DNA of 64,000 nucleotides from Vicugna vicugna (Eukaryota): assembly GCA_013265495.1 (NCBI GenBank), contig MU058423.1, positions 7,239,449 through 7,303,448 of the forward strand. Reading direction: 5' to 3'. The notes under the pieces were generated by a model. The model worked only from the letters and a program-made list of their open reading frames with translations, had not been told where the DNA came from and searched no databases. A program made the translations under genes and the position numbers. Numbering within the stretch: position 1 is the stretch's first letter; every line of letters begins with the position of its first letter. Shown piece after piece: positions 11,651 through 25,568 of this stretch.

Positions 11651-12849
11651 AGTTAGAAAGTCATTAAACATTTGGGGAAAGCATTTCTCAAAGTGTGTTT
11701 CACAGAACACTGGTTCTTAAGAGGTTCTAAGATTTATGATGAGAAAATGTTGCTGTGTTGGAGTAAGACTGAGAATTTTGAATTAAACAAGCCAAAGAAG
11801 TTTCTTTATTGGAAGACATCTCTGCTAATGAGCATTTTAAATCTCTGCTGTGGAGTAAAGCTTGTGACATTTCTGAAATATATTTGATTGCAGAAAGTCC
11901 TCTTCCTTTGAAGAGACTCTCAAAGGGCCAGTGTTCTTGGAGCGCTCTCGACAATGATGGTTTGACTGTAAGTGATGGACAACGGTAGCTCATGTCAGAA
12001 CCAGAGAAGCCTAGCCCTCCCTGGTGTTAAACAATCACCTTGCAAAGAGTGGATATCCAAGGCCCATTAAAATGTATGCATATATTTTATCTTGGCTTTG
12101 AAGATGGATTATGATGAAGATAAAAATGGAAAAAAAATTGTATGGAATCATGAACAAAATTTTTGTACTGTAATATGATTGTGAAACAAGGAGGCCACAG
12201 GAGCCCTACCAAGTGTATTGGTCTCATACTGAGACCTGAAAATATAATGTGTTTGAGATCCTTCTTCCTGCCAGTCAGTATTTGAGACTCCCTCAGATGC
12301 TCAAACCTGAAGTGATGAGGTGAGATAATAGTGTTAGAGAATTCATCATGGTTCTAACTTTAAATCATGGAAAAAGAAATGGTAAATATGGAATTTTACA
12401 AGCTGTCACATCAATTTGCCATTCTCCGTCTTTATAAACCCTCTTCAGCCTTAAAAAAAGCAAGTATTATTTAGAAGGAAGAATTCTCTGCCCTGTTGCA
12501 TAATATGAGAGTCTGAGGATAAAATAACAATTGTATTGTCTTATAACTGGAAATAAAATAACCTTAAAAAATTAACTGGTTGAGTAAGTCAGGTAAGTTA
12601 GTATCTAGACATTTACCATGAGTAATTTATCATAAGCATCATGACTTTAAGGCAAGGTCAGTTTATTTTTGTCCCATGGAAAACACCCCAGGAATAAATA
12701 TCAAGGGATTTAATATCAACAGAGGAAAATGTGATAATTCAGGTATCTTTTGTGATAAACCAGTCAGAAGTGCCCTCGGAATTATGATCTGTTCAGTCTT
12801 TCAGCCCTCTAATCTTGCCTAAAATTGTATTTTAACTTCCTGCAATTTA

Positions 12850-13070
12850 CTGTGATCTAGCAAACTCAGGCATTGACATATCCAAGAATGATTTCTTTCC
12901 TTTTCCATGGATCTCATTAATAGCAACAGACAAGTTGTCATAAAAGATTTTCTTGCTGTCTTTCACTGCATCTAATGTAGAGACATATGCACTAATCAGT
13001 GTCATAGTCTGAACTCCCTCCAGCCTCAGTTTTAATGTCTTAAGCCTGAGGCTGACCATATGGCTCAAAA
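12850..13070 (-). mobile_element. Ancient RTE-clade LINE, APE endonuclease remnant
   Basis: Translation SLRLKTLKLRLEGVQTMTLISAYVSTLDAVKDSKKIFYDNL then, after a frameshift, IILGYVNA*V; matches RTE endonuclease motifs ISAYAPT, FY..L and IILGDFNARVG. Confidence 0.7.
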
Positions 13071-14616
13071 ATAAGTCTTTTCACCATCTAAAAGGTCACA
13101 GTCTATCTTTAGTTACATTTTAAAAACTGCTTTGAGCCTATGATCTAAGTACCTGGGTGACTTTCAGAAATGATCCATCTTTGCTGAGAGAAAATGTGAC
13201 TTGTTTATTGAGGAACAAAACAAAGCAAGCCAATGTATCCAAATACACTTCAATAGGTTGGAAAAATACATTGCAGAAGTGATGGAATCTTGTAATTTGT
13301 GGTTATGATTTTAACTGCTTTCACGGGTATTGAGGAAGAATCAAAACTATTAGATAGCTCACATTTATCACCAATAATCAATTAGGAAAAACTACTGCAA
13401 CCTATGTATTTAAAACTCAGTTTCTGGATTGGAACTACTACGACTGTGGATTGCCTAGAATTTTATGATTATATTCACATTTCGAAGTCAAATTCTTGGC
13501 ATATTAGAAAACAGAAAATTTCGTTTCTTGTATTCTGAGCACTGTTTATGTAACCAAAGAATCACTGAAATTAATAAAAGGGGCAGCCTATTCTCGGTCT
13601 CAATTTTGCCTCAAGGATTTAAGAAAATGAAATGAAATAAAACATTTTTCTAAAAATCAATACGTTCAAGGTCTAAACCAGGAAGTCTAGATTAACACTT
13701 CACTAAATGCCCAACTTGTGTTCGGGACCTGAGGGCCTTTCACCTGCTATTTCAGAAACTGCCAATCTTTGAGTCATCCTGGACTGAAGGAGGCAGCAAT
13801 CAGAAGACACATTATCTCAAATCTGTAGATTGGTATAATTGACACAAACTTTACCCTGGATGCCTACAAATCTGCAGTTTACCTCCTACTGCCTTTCTCT
13901 CCCATTACTTTCTTGATTCTCTGACTTACACTCATTTCTCCTTGTAAGAACCTCACCTTCATCCATATCCAATGTAGAAATTCTGATCATTTGTCTGGTT
14001 CTTGACACTCTCATCCCAATTTGAGCTGATTCTCAGACACTGGAGACTGTTTCAGTAAAATCTAAATTTAAGTTACCTCTCTGAATGCTGACCTTTCTCC
14101 CCATCCCTGCTCACACTTCTTGGTTGCCTTGCTTTTCTATTGGTCAGTTGCCATATTCCTACCAGGCAGACTGGCCAAGTCTGCAAACCAGACAGAACAA
14201 ACCCCGAAACAAAGATGCCTTTAAGAATACATTTTAGGAGTATATTCTTAATACTCTGAATACATGAATGTATTTTTTTAGCATACATATGCTTTCACAG
14301 GTAGATATAAGGGTGTTCTTTCTCATCATCTCTATTTATTTAAAGCAAATCAGGTCAAGATCTATGTGCCCCTTCACGGAAGCAGGCCACTGGAGTGGGT
14401 AGAGAGAGTCTGCTCTGTCTGCAAAAACTCTGCTGAAAGATTTCTCAGTTGAAAACTCATCCTTATTTTTTGTCATTGTTGTTTAAATAATAAATTAAAG
14501 GAAGCAGCTATCCATCAGAATTCCAAATGAGTTAGTAGACCTTGGTGACTGGATGCCCTAATTAAATCAACAACCCAGCTTTACATTTATCTTCTCATTC
14601 ATTCTACATGCACATG

Positions 14617-14821
14617 NNNNNNNNNNNNNNNNNNNNNNNNNNNNNNNNNNNNNNNNNNNNNNNNNNNNNNNNNNNNNNNNNNNNNNNNNNNNNNNNNNNN
14701 NNNNNNNNNNNNNNNNNNNNNNNNNNNNNNNNNNNNNNNNNNNNNNNNNNNNNNNNNNNNNNNNNNNNNNNNNNNNNNNNNNNNNNNNNNNNNNNNNNNN
14801 NNNNNNNNNNNNNNNNNNNNN
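14617..14821. other. Assembly gap (205 N)
   Basis: Run of N. Confidence 1.
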
Positions 14822-15110
14822 TTTCATCCAGAACAATAAATAAAATATTCAAATATCCCCAGAAGACTTGCCTATGATCTCACCTAACCACATCCTCCCT
14901 TTCCCCAAAGGTAACCCCACCCTAATCCTTAATAGAGTGGGTTGATTTTACCTGTTTTTGATAAATATTGCCAGACTTCTCAGTAACAATTATACTAGCT
15001 TATCCTTCAGCCGAAGTATCTGAATCATCCCCTTTCCTACACTGGGTATTCATTCTTTTCAGAATGTGATGTGAAACCGGTATCTCATTTTAATTTTCAT
15101 TTCACAATAG
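14822..15110 (-). mobile_element. Old L1 (L1ME-like) fragment
   Basis: ccccaaaggtaaccccac...gtgaaaccggtatctcattttaattttcattt. Confidence 0.55.
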
Positions 15111-17067
15111 GCTTTTTAATTGGAATAAAAGATAGATATACTGCTATCATTTCCAGATCTATTAATATTAAAATTTGGTTTATGAAAGAGATAAATCTGT
15201 AAAACAGGAGATAGAACAGCTTATTGCTTTAACTTAAAGGGGGTGATGGCCTCCATATAAAAAAGCTCTAAGCATTAAGTACTTTCAATATGGTTCCAAA
15301 TCAGAATTTTCTCGTTTCATAAATGATTATAGAATTTGTGAGCTACATAAGTGAAATTTCTTTCTATTTGTCCTTAACTAATCTGCAAATAGAATCATAA
15401 AATTGCATTTAATGTACAGATTATGTCCACTTTCAAGTCCAAAAACATTTGAGGTTAACTACTACTTGTCATAGAGGACTTTTAAGATTTTAAACATTTT
15501 GTATAAAAGTTCTAAAATACCTATGAGTGACATACTCTTCTTTACAATTCTGTTAATAATAAGTTGTTTATATCATTCACAGTCTTCATTCTTATCCATG
15601 TACCATGAAATGCTTCCATTTAGTCCTTTTTAGATTAGCATTTATTTCTCAGCTCCCTGGTCACTTTTGTCATTATTTCACAGATGATTTCACAACAGAA
15701 ATGCTGACTACACAAATTCACCTGACCTCTACCTGAACTACAGACAATATCCCTGCATTATTTTACATTCTATGTTAAATATAAATCTCTAAGTACAATT
15801 TTAATTCTTCAATTAAGATTTAGAAGGATAAAGTTGGTAATTTATAACTCATTCTGATATAGAAGAATATTACAGTTTTCTAAGCTACCAAAGATGTTAG
15901 AGACGGTCCCCAGGTGCTCACATCACAGTGATGCAAAATACACTGTTAAGCCTTGCCTTTTATTTCAGGAGACTAAACAGGAAGAGGTTGATTTTACTAC
16001 TCCTGATTTAATTGAGATTTTTTAAAAGTGAAAGGCAGCTGTCAGTTGCTACGTGGTGAAATGCGTTATGAGTGAAACCATTATTATTTTTAGGTACTCA
16101 ATTCAAAGAATTTTTCCTTCTATTAGATGCAAAGCCTTGACTACATGATCATGTTTTGTAATGGATACACTTTCTGAAAGCAAACCGATAAAAGCTTATG
16201 AAATAAAATACATATTTTTCCTCACAAAGGTGAAGTGAAAATCACTATGGCGAGTAATCATTTACTAGTTGTTATGATTGTGGCCATCTAGACTGGAATT
16301 TTCTCTAATCACATTTTTGGTTTCCTCTTGAAATCTATTCTTCAGGACGGAAGAACCTGTCTACCAACCACTTAATGTATAAAGTTTTGAACCTTATAAG
16401 AATAAAATACTAACTGGTCTCTAGGCAAGTTTGAGAATTTATTACACACAGACGTACAGAGCACTGCTCTGGGCTTTTGGCCACAGTCCAGTAAGATTTC
16501 CATATGATTCACAAACTTTTGAGACAATTTCTTGGTTTCCTGGATATATGAATAACATGTAGTCATTTTTAACCCTGCAGTGTCAGCCAATGTATTTTAC
16601 ACTATAGCCAGAGGAGCCATTGGCAGGATGGTTTTCTGAGATTTGAGTTTGGTTATGTGACTAAAGACTTTAAAGGTAAATTTCTACTAAAGAGTAAGTT
16701 TCCCAGAAATGAATTAGTGCTATGCCAGTGTTTATTTTTACTAACTGAGTCTCCAGGCATTATGCTTTAGGCTTTGGGCCAAAACACCGTGTACTATTTA
16801 ACTTCTAGATACACTTTTGGTTAGTCTTATTCATCTCAGCTGTTTTTTATTTATAATCAGATAAATGTATTAATTTCATAAATGAATACATACATTAACA
16901 TGATTGGATTTTTTCCTTACTATTTGGAATATAGAGTTGTCCCATTTTTGGCTTCTCAATATTTAGGACCCCCTATTATCAATCTCAACAAGAGACACAA
17001 ATTGAGCACACCAGTTAACACTTCCACCAGCAGCTGCTCCATATCATTGGTAGCACTTGCTACAGCG

Positions 17068-17522
17068 TGGTGATAGAAAACAATGAAACAATCCGTTATT
17101 TTGCCAGAAACTGGTTTATTTTGGAACATCAAAGAATTGCAATTTGGGACATGCAATCCATGGTGAACCACAGGCCAGTCCAGAGAAGAAAGGAGACGAA
17201 AGTTTCTTCTGTTGAGGAGAAGGGGCCGCTGGGGAGGAGTTGTTATAAACAAAGAGTCCGTTGGAGTCTTGGGATTGGAAGTGCAGTGGTTTTCTGTTGG
17301 CTGAGTTGTGACAGTCTCTCATTGGCTAGGCTGTTGCCAGGTGAGGAGAAATTCTTCCTTCCTCCTGCTAGGGTAGTAAAGCAGTACCCTTCTTGTTGGA
17401 GATGCAGAGTATGTCTCTTCCTGCTGAGTCTACAACTGACTACGAATGGTAAGTCATTAGAGCTCCTCCTTCTGGCTTCCGGACTCCTTTTTAAATGAGG
17501 GTTTTGTTTATTAATTTTCAGA
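17068..17522 (-). mobile_element. Solo ERV1-class LTR inserted into an old L1
   Basis: Begins TG; ~455 bp GC-richer block; tttatt at ~17115 (polyA-signal-like on minus); attgg/gttgg CCAAT-like boxes; 4-bp flanks AGCG (17064-67) and AGTG (17523-26) consistent with a TSD after CpG decay. Confidence 0.7.
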
Positions 17523-18460
17523 AGTGTCTCTAACTTAATGTGAGTTAGCTTTTTTTTGTCACTCTTCATTTCTATTTTGCATTTAGTTAACAATTAATGA
17601 GATTGAGCAACATTTGGTACTCTTTTTGGCCTTAATTTGGATCCTCCACTGTCGAATTGTTTGTATTTTCTTATTGATGTATAGGTATCCCTAATGCAAG
17701 CTTTTTTTTTTCCAAACAATATATATACGGTGAAGCTATCTTCTTGCAGTCAGGGACTCACTTTTTCTCTCTCTTAAGGCTGTCTTTTAATGGATAGACT
17801 TTTACAGATTTTGTGCTAATTTATTAATGTATTTTTATTGCATTCATTACATGATATTGAAGAAATATCTGCATATATATGAAGTTATGTTCCTGAATTT
17901 TTATGGAAGCTCTATGCTACATTTAGGTCTATGAACTACTGGAAATTTTTTTTGTGTTGTGTGAGGTAGTTATCAAAACAGACTTTTTCTCCATATGTAT
18001 ATATTCCTTGATCCAGTATTATTTGTCAAAAAGACCATCATTTACCAAATGTTTTGCACTTACATCTATTTTGAGGTCAGGTGACCATAAATGTGTGGGA
18101 TTTTTTCTTGATTCTCAACACTGTACAAGTAGTCTATCTACCCTTGAATGACTTCCATACTGTTTTAATTGTTGTAGCTTTATGATAATTATTCAATGCT
18201 TTGAAGTACAAGTCCTTCAGTGTTCTTCAAAGTCTTCAGAATTTTATAAACTTTTAAAAATTTCTATTTTCTTATAAATTCTAGAATCATTTTTCATCCC
18301 CACTATCTCATTCCCACACACACAGGGAAAAACAAAAACCAACTTCCTGGTATTTTGATGGCGATTTCATTGAATCTAAAGATCAGTTTGAAAAGAATTA
18401 GCGAGTTAATAATTTTAAACCACTCAAAATATTAGTCAGGGCTTCCTTAATTTCTTTTTT
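17523..18460 (-). mobile_element. Old L1 ORF2 fragment (L1M/L1ME-like)
   Basis: catttaggtctatgaactactggaaa; ggtattttgatggcgatttcattgaatctaaagatcagtttgaaaagaatt. Confidence 0.75.
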
Positions 18461-18529
18461 GGCACACATTTTATTATATATATAATTCATAAGAATTTGG
18501 TCGTTTTATGATGACTTTACAAGTGAGGT

Positions 18530-19490
18530 TTTTAAACTCCTGTTTCTTGAGGTATAATTTGTAAACAGAAAAATTCACCTGTTTTATGTATACACTTTGA
18601 TGAGTTTGGGCAAATGTATAGAGCTGTGTAATAACTACTTGAGTCAAGATACAGAATATTTCCCTCACACCAAAACTCGTCTTTGTATCATTTCATGATT
18701 AACCACATTCTTTATCCTCAGTCCGTGATAACCACTGACTTGACTTCTGTCTCTATAATTTTGCTTTTCTCAGAATGTCCTTGACAATGAATATATATAT
18801 ATGTTCATGTATAACTGAAAAATTGTGCTCTACACTGGAATTTGACACAACATTGTAAAATTATTATAAATCAATAAAAAATGTTTAAAAAAAAGAATGT
18901 CCTGTAAGTGAACTCAACCAGTATGTAGTCTATTGTGCCTGGCTTCTTCCTCTGAGCATGATATGTGTATCGGCAATCTGTTCCTTTTCATTGCTAAATA
19001 GTTTTCTACTGTATGAAAATACAGCAATTTATATAACCATTCGTCAGTTAGTGAACATTTGAGTTTCTTGCGGTTTTGGCTTTTACGTATAAAGTTTCTA
19101 TCAACATTCATGTGGACAAATGCTTTCTGTTTTCTCTTGATAACCAGGATGTATGGTGAATATATGTTTAAGTAACTTCCAGGAAGTTTTTCTGAAGTGG
19201 CTGTCCCATTGTGCACTGCCAGCTGCGGCTGAGTGTGTGGGTTGCTCTTCTTCCTTGCCAGCATTTTGTACTCTTCTATTATTTGTGGAGCTGTTTTAAA
19301 TTTTTAATCATTTTTATAAACATGTTGTGTATCTGGCTGTGATTTTAATTTGTTTTTACCTAAAGACTGATGATGTCGAACACCTTTGGTTTGTGTTTAT
19401 TTGCCACCCATATCTCTTCTTTGATAAGGTTTCTTCGCAACTCTATTGTCCTCTCCTTTTTTATTGGGTTGTTTTTCTCCTTATTTGGAC
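18530..19490 (-). mobile_element. L1MB-like 3' end, interrupted by a young L1 tail
   Basis: ttgaggtataatttgtaaacagaaaaattcacc...gattttaatttgtttttacctaaagactgatgatgtcgaacacc. Confidence 0.85.
18782..18893 (+). mobile_element. Young, severely 5'-truncated L1 3' end with poly(A) and TSD
   Basis: gttcatgtataactgaaaaattgtgctctacactggaatttgacacaacattgtaaa...aataaa, A tail; TSD agaatgtcct at 18772-18781 and 18894-18903. Confidence 0.9.
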
Positions 19491-20739
19491 ACTGAGAATG
19501 TTCTTTACATACATAGTTCACTGCTTGGTTCACAGAGTGCAGGGTGCGTTTTAGCCTCCACTCACCCCATTAATCAGGTGCAACTGTGCAGTGAAGAACT
19601 CGCAAAATGTATGCAGCATCCAAAGGCTATTTTTATAACCCTACCAAGTTTATAATGCTGTAATTTCCACTTAAATATGCTTTGTTCTGAAATGCATACA
19701 GGAAGAATTTTTTGTTTTTGTTTTCATTTTAGTTGCTTTTGAAGAGATGGGGTTTTACAAATGGGAGAGGATTTGATGATAGGAAAGAAAACATGGTTGG
19801 TACCAGGAGCAAAGAAGGAAGAATAAGAAAGCAAATTTGCAAAGAACTTTTGGGTTTTCAAAAGTGATGGGTTAGTAGATTTAGGCCAATTATAGCTACA
19901 ACTCTAAGGGTCTGTGGCATTGGAATTGTTCCTTTTTTCATCATGACAATATTCATATGTCATATAAATCCATTCCACATGAGACATGTTAATACTCTGC
20001 TGGGAATCAAATATTCAATTTAATGACCTTAATGATTTTAAACTAAAATATGCTGCTTTACATATATTGTGCCATTTTTACATAAGTATAAAGTCACTTC
20101 AAAATTACAAGTCCTCTTAATATTAATTATTTAAATATATCTCATAAAATCACTCTCCCCTTTTAAGTTTTTACTACAGTTTAGCCCAGCAGAAATTTTA
20201 AAGTAAATTCTTATTGCTCATTTTCTTTGACTTTATAACTAAGTCAAGTAAGATTTCTTTTTGTATGTCACCTAACTTGGGGTCCTTGCTAAAAATGTTT
20301 TTTTCTTTTTTGCTTTAGGACTCATTAGCTATTTCAGAAAAATAAAATTTGGGGAAGCACCTCAAGGAAGTATTAAAATCATGATGTATGAGATAGTGAG
20401 TTCATATCAAGCGAATAACAAATTGAATATTTTATTTCTGTATGTACTCAGATACTATATGCTATCTTTAATAACACAACATGAAAAATAAGTTTTTATT
20501 TAAATATAAGGAGGTGCTCACGTGTTCTGAGTAATCTACTAACCCCACCCTACCTTTTGACCTAGAGTTGATGTGTATACTGAATTTCAATTAAACTTGA
20601 ATATCAGATAATCACATTTTTAAAAAAATGTCTGCTTATGAAATGCTGGGACATACAGGAAAAAAAGCTCTACTCAGCGCCAGGTTCTGGGCTACAAGCT
20701 GTTCCTTAAGTATCACAGACACATTTATTTACCTTAAGG

Positions 20740-21115
20740 CCTTATCACTATTTCCTATGCATTGAATATTCTTTACCAGAATCCTCTCTCAAATCCTCGT
20801 TCTTACTTTCTTCCAAGCTCTGCTCCGTCATAGTCTCAGTGTGAGATCTGTTCGGACCGCACTATTTAAAATTGCAACCCCACCTTTTTATCCTGCTCTA
20901 CCTCTTCTGTTTTTCCATAGTCCTTATCAAAAATCTTTACACATGTATAATTATTTATCTTACTTATTGTCTATTAACTACCTTTCCCAGCTGTAACATA
21001 AGATCCATGGAAGCAGGGATACATCTGCTGTGTCCATGGCTATGTCCCAAGCACTCACAACAGGGCCTGGCACATACTATATACTCAGAAACATTTATTG
21101 AGGGAATGGGTGGGT
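20740..21115 (+). mobile_element. L2 (L2a-like) 3' end
   Basis: taagatccatggaagcaggga...cagggcctggcacatac...catttattgagggaatg. Confidence 0.85.
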
Positions 21116-22949
21116 GCATGGATGCACGAATAATCATCTAAACGTTTAAAGAAAAAATGTTGGCCTTTTGGTGGGAGATATGTAGATTTGCACAATGCAT
21201 AGCAAAATTAATGTTACTAAGCTATTGAAGTAAAATCAAGAATATTTCCATGTGTTTTTACTTGAGTTATTCTTATTATTGAGCTTGGATCATAACTCAG
21301 CTTATGTTCCACAGCTGCTTTTTTAATTAGTACAAAAATATAGTGACAAAGCGTATTTCCCGTTTTAGTGATTACACATATATGTACAAATTTTGTAATG
21401 ACCTGGGCACATTCTCTAAAATACGTGCTATTGAATTGCTGCTCACTATTTAATATGATGGTCTCTCAAACACCAACACCACTTAGTAAGCAACTTACAA
21501 TATGCCACTTTGCCTTTATGCACCATCTTACATCCCTTTTATTGAAACTGTGAGGGTTTTGAGAATCTTGATTACATTTCATAGTGTTTTCTCACATGAG
21601 AAATACATGTATTATAAGTACTAGTGTTAGGAATGTTTTTGCTGCTTCTGATAAAAATGGCATTAAAAATCCATGACAACTTTAAATCATAGAAGTAAAC
21701 ATAGTCTGTTTTGCACTATTTGCAAACACTGTAATGTGGAATTTGGACTCAACCTCTCTGACACTGATTTTATAATTCTTTTTTAATATTCTTATCTTCT
21801 CTTGATTTTTCATTTATTTTTAAAATACAGCAAATGTAAATGCTTACTTTAAAGCTATTCAGTGTTTTCTGGAAAAAAGAAGGATGTGACTAAATGAACA
21901 AATGAAATAAACAGAGTATCATTTCATCTAACATTTTTTCTAGTAGCTGCCTGCACACTTGATTGTGTGCCAAATCATCACTGGCAGGCCCGTTCTGACA
22001 TGGCTTACTCCCCAGTGTTGCCCCACCATTTCACTCAGGATTGTTGTGTAAATCCATGCGATGTAACTGTTACCATAGATCAGTGTACGTAATTCTAAAA
22101 GGCTAGCGAATTTGAGAAATCCACAAGTGGGGATACGAGATGCATAATTCATATAACTTCAAACCCACTGCCGGCTATGTAGCTGCCATAATTTTAGCTC
22201 AACGCTGTGGGTGAGTTAAACCTACATTCAATAGTCCTAGTGCCTTGAGAGCCATGGCTCCTCAGCCAGTTTCAATTCCACCCAATCTTACACTGCTGGG
22301 TGGATATTTACTTATTCAAGAAATAGCTACTTTTAGCTACTATTAAATGCATCTCTATCATTCTAAGCCATTTTAGACAAGAATTGATCAAATCTTTAGT
22401 TCTCCACTTTTATTTTTCACTGGTATTTGATGTTTCCCCTACAGATAATGTCTTATTTTTTTATTCACTTTCCTTTTGTTTGCTAGAACTGGTGAAATTG
22501 AACATCTTCAAACTAGTGATGTTAAGGATTTTGTAAGATAGATTTTCACCCTGAGATTTTTAACTGTATGACTTACATTAAAAGATACCTTCCTCTATTT
22601 TTAATAAACAAATTTGTGACCCAAAATCATAAATCATACTTATGAGGCTTAATTTACAAAGCCATCATCATTTTTCCTTAACTTTTATATTCAGCATAGG
22701 GGCTGAAACATTATACCTTAACATATATTTATTAAGGGTTTGTGTGTATTAAACTCGGAATAATGAGTTTATAATAAATGTTTACAAAACCCAAACTGAA
22801 AAATATTTCAGACCACAGACAAAATTGTTAATTTTCCACTCAATCCACTGTAAAATAATAATTACAAAGTTTTATTCTGAATATCTCCACTCAATTTTCT
22901 CTCACTGCCTACCACATTGAAAATCAAATAAGTCATTGGGTATCGCATC

Positions 22950-23150
22950 ACTATATGTGAACTGAATAAGCAGCAAGGAGCTACTGTATAGCACAGGGAA
23001 CTTTATTCAATTTCTTATAATGAGCCGTAATGGAAAAGAAACTGAAACTATATATATGTGTATGTACATGTATAAGTGAATCACTTTGCTGTGCGCCTGA
23101 AACTAGCATTGTAAATAGACTACACTTCAATAAAAAATAATAATGATAAT
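22950..23150 (+). mobile_element. L1 3' UTR end (cetartiodactyl type)
   Basis: ctactgtatagcacagggaactttattcaat...gaatcactttgctgtgcgcctgaaact...cttcaataaaaa. Confidence 0.88.
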
Positions 23151-25497
23151 CATTTTTTTAAAAAGAAGCCACGGGGTTATTTAGAGATGTTTACGGGTGA
23201 ATTGGATTACCACTTGGCCAAGACCCCTCTCATGCTCTATGAAAGGCAATTGATTTATGGCATAGTTCAAAATGTGTACCTCGAAGTCCATTTGACATAG
23301 TAATTTAGAACACACCTGTGCCCTAAACCCAGCTTTCATTGTTTCCCTACATCTAGCATTGTTGTTTTACATTTCTCTTCACCTCTCAATGCAAAGGTGA
23401 AAACCACCCTGAAACCCTTAGGCAATTCATTGGTTCCTCTTCAGTGCATTAATAATGTTGAGAATGTACTTGTATTTCGGTAATTATGATGCTCTATTTT
23501 TATTATATTTTTATTGAAAACTAATGGGATACAGAGCACTTCTGCAAGTCGGCTACATAAGAACAAAGGAGCCAAAGGCCCAGATCACTGAGATAGCGGC
23601 AGCGGCTTAAAATTCTTTTTATGTTTATTTACATCATTAAACTCTGAGTCTATTGTGGCCAGATATCATGGCTTACGCATTTTATACTAGTAGCATTCAC
23701 AGGCTGCTAGACACTATAGAAGATACTCAGTAAATAAAGACATGGATATTTGGTTGGTGAACTAAAGAAAAGGGAGCTAGCTGAAATCATCTCACTGAAG
23801 TTAGCGTAACCATAGACAGCCGAATACCAGGCTCACAGCACAGGCACCCGTGGTTCTGCACAAATTAGCTCAAGATCTTCACAGTCACCGCATAAGGAGA
23901 AACCTAAGCTGTAGCGCATAAGTGTGAAATATCTGTCAACTCTCCCATTTCAAAATAAAAAGGTACTTCCTTCTCTATAGGATTTGATGTGAAATTGATG
24001 TTTGTTGCTTTTACTTCTACTGCCACTGAACAGGGTTGTGCAACTCTCAGTGGCACCGGTACCGTCAGTTAAATAGAAACAGTGCCACACAAAACTGGTG
24101 CAGTCGTCAAAACAAGATCTCCGTTTCTGGGAGGGACAGGAGGGCATGGAGCGTAATCCCAGAAATGAGTCATGGTTGGCTGCTTTGAGGTTTGTTGGGG
24201 GTGGGGAGAGGAGGGGTTTTTAATCGGGATCTGGTTTTTTTTTCTCCAAATCAATTCAGAAAATAAGAGCAATAAAATAGCCAACATACATTTTCTTTTG
24301 ACTGTGGGAGCAGCTCTTTAGTTTTAAATTTGTCAAAGTTATTTTCAGTGGCTTTTATTCAAAGCATGACCTATTGTATCCTTCACTGAAAGAGACAAAG
24401 AGACGAACAGTGAATGAGTGAATCTGATAATGTCAAAAAACTAAGAGTGATAGATTGTTTACGCCTTCATGGCATTTCATGGAGATTTTATGCAGTGCAT
24501 TTTACAACAGTTTGTGCTTTCAACATAAGCATGATAAACACAGTATATTTATTTATGTTTTGAGATTGAAATAGAAAGAAAAGTATCCTTTCCAAGGGCA
24601 CTTTATCACTAGGAAGGAGGTCTTTTCATTCATTTATCCAGACTGAATAAGTAAAAGTGCAAATTTGTTGCACTTAGAAACCATTTATCCCAAGGAAAAA
24701 TTGGGATCTAATTTTTTCTCGGGTAAGTGAAATAAAAAGAACGAAAACCTTCTCATTGCTATAGAATTAAGTAAGGTATTTGAGGCACATAGCATACATG
24801 GCCAACAGATGAGCTAGTTATCCAATTAATCCACCTATAACAAGATAAAAAAGAAACATCATTTTATTGTTGTGATAAAACTAAATCTTAGAATATATCT
24901 AAACTAACTGAATTGGACTGTTTTGACATATTTATTCTGAGTATTCACAATAATTCAGACGTTAATTGTGACACACTAAACATCAAAACTATAAGATGAT
25001 TCTCATCTATGGACAAAGTAAACTACTTGACATGTGGGTTAAAAACTTTTTTTTTATAATTACACCTCACCAATTGGTGTCACTATTGGTGAGTTTAGTG
25101 AAAATTCAAATTATTTAATATTTAATCACATAAATAATATTAAGAAGTGGTATCAAGAGGTCTACAAATTGATAATTTTCCGGAAATAAAAGGAATTAAT
25201 TAATTGAAACTTTTAAAAATACAAAGTATTTTTAATTAGAAGGCATTTAAGTATTCAACACCAATAGAGATGTGTAAGTATGAAAATATTGCGCTGTTAT
25301 GATACAACATACCTGCACTGTGCTCAGTGGAATTTAATTTTACCTTTAATGTCAGTGAAATAAGAAAGATAATGGGCTTTCTTTTACTCTATAATCTTCA
25401 TCCTCTTGGATAAACATATCATTGGATGTAACACATGGTTTATTGAATTCCTCCTGCCTTTGGGTCTAAAAAATCAGTGATGGGCACGCACTTATAG

Positions 25498-25500
<3 letters not shown>

Positions 25501-25538
<38 letters not shown>

Positions 25539-25568
25539 TCAGAAACAGAGACAGAGACAGAGACAGAG
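25501..25568 (+). repeat. (TG)14(AG)5 plus (ACAGAG)n compound microsatellite
   Basis: Directly visible. Confidence 0.95.

Noticed and set aside
14567..14877. Poly-X ORFs
   Set aside because: Artefacts of the N gap (likewise 50715-51009 over the poly-T and second gap)
17067..17593. 143-aa and 116-aa ORFs
   Set aside because: Lie within a solo LTR; no gag/pol/env similarity
25066..25093. Hairpin ctcaccaat...attggtgag
   Set aside because: A 9-bp stem is too short for a pre-miRNA or MITE and is within chance expectation
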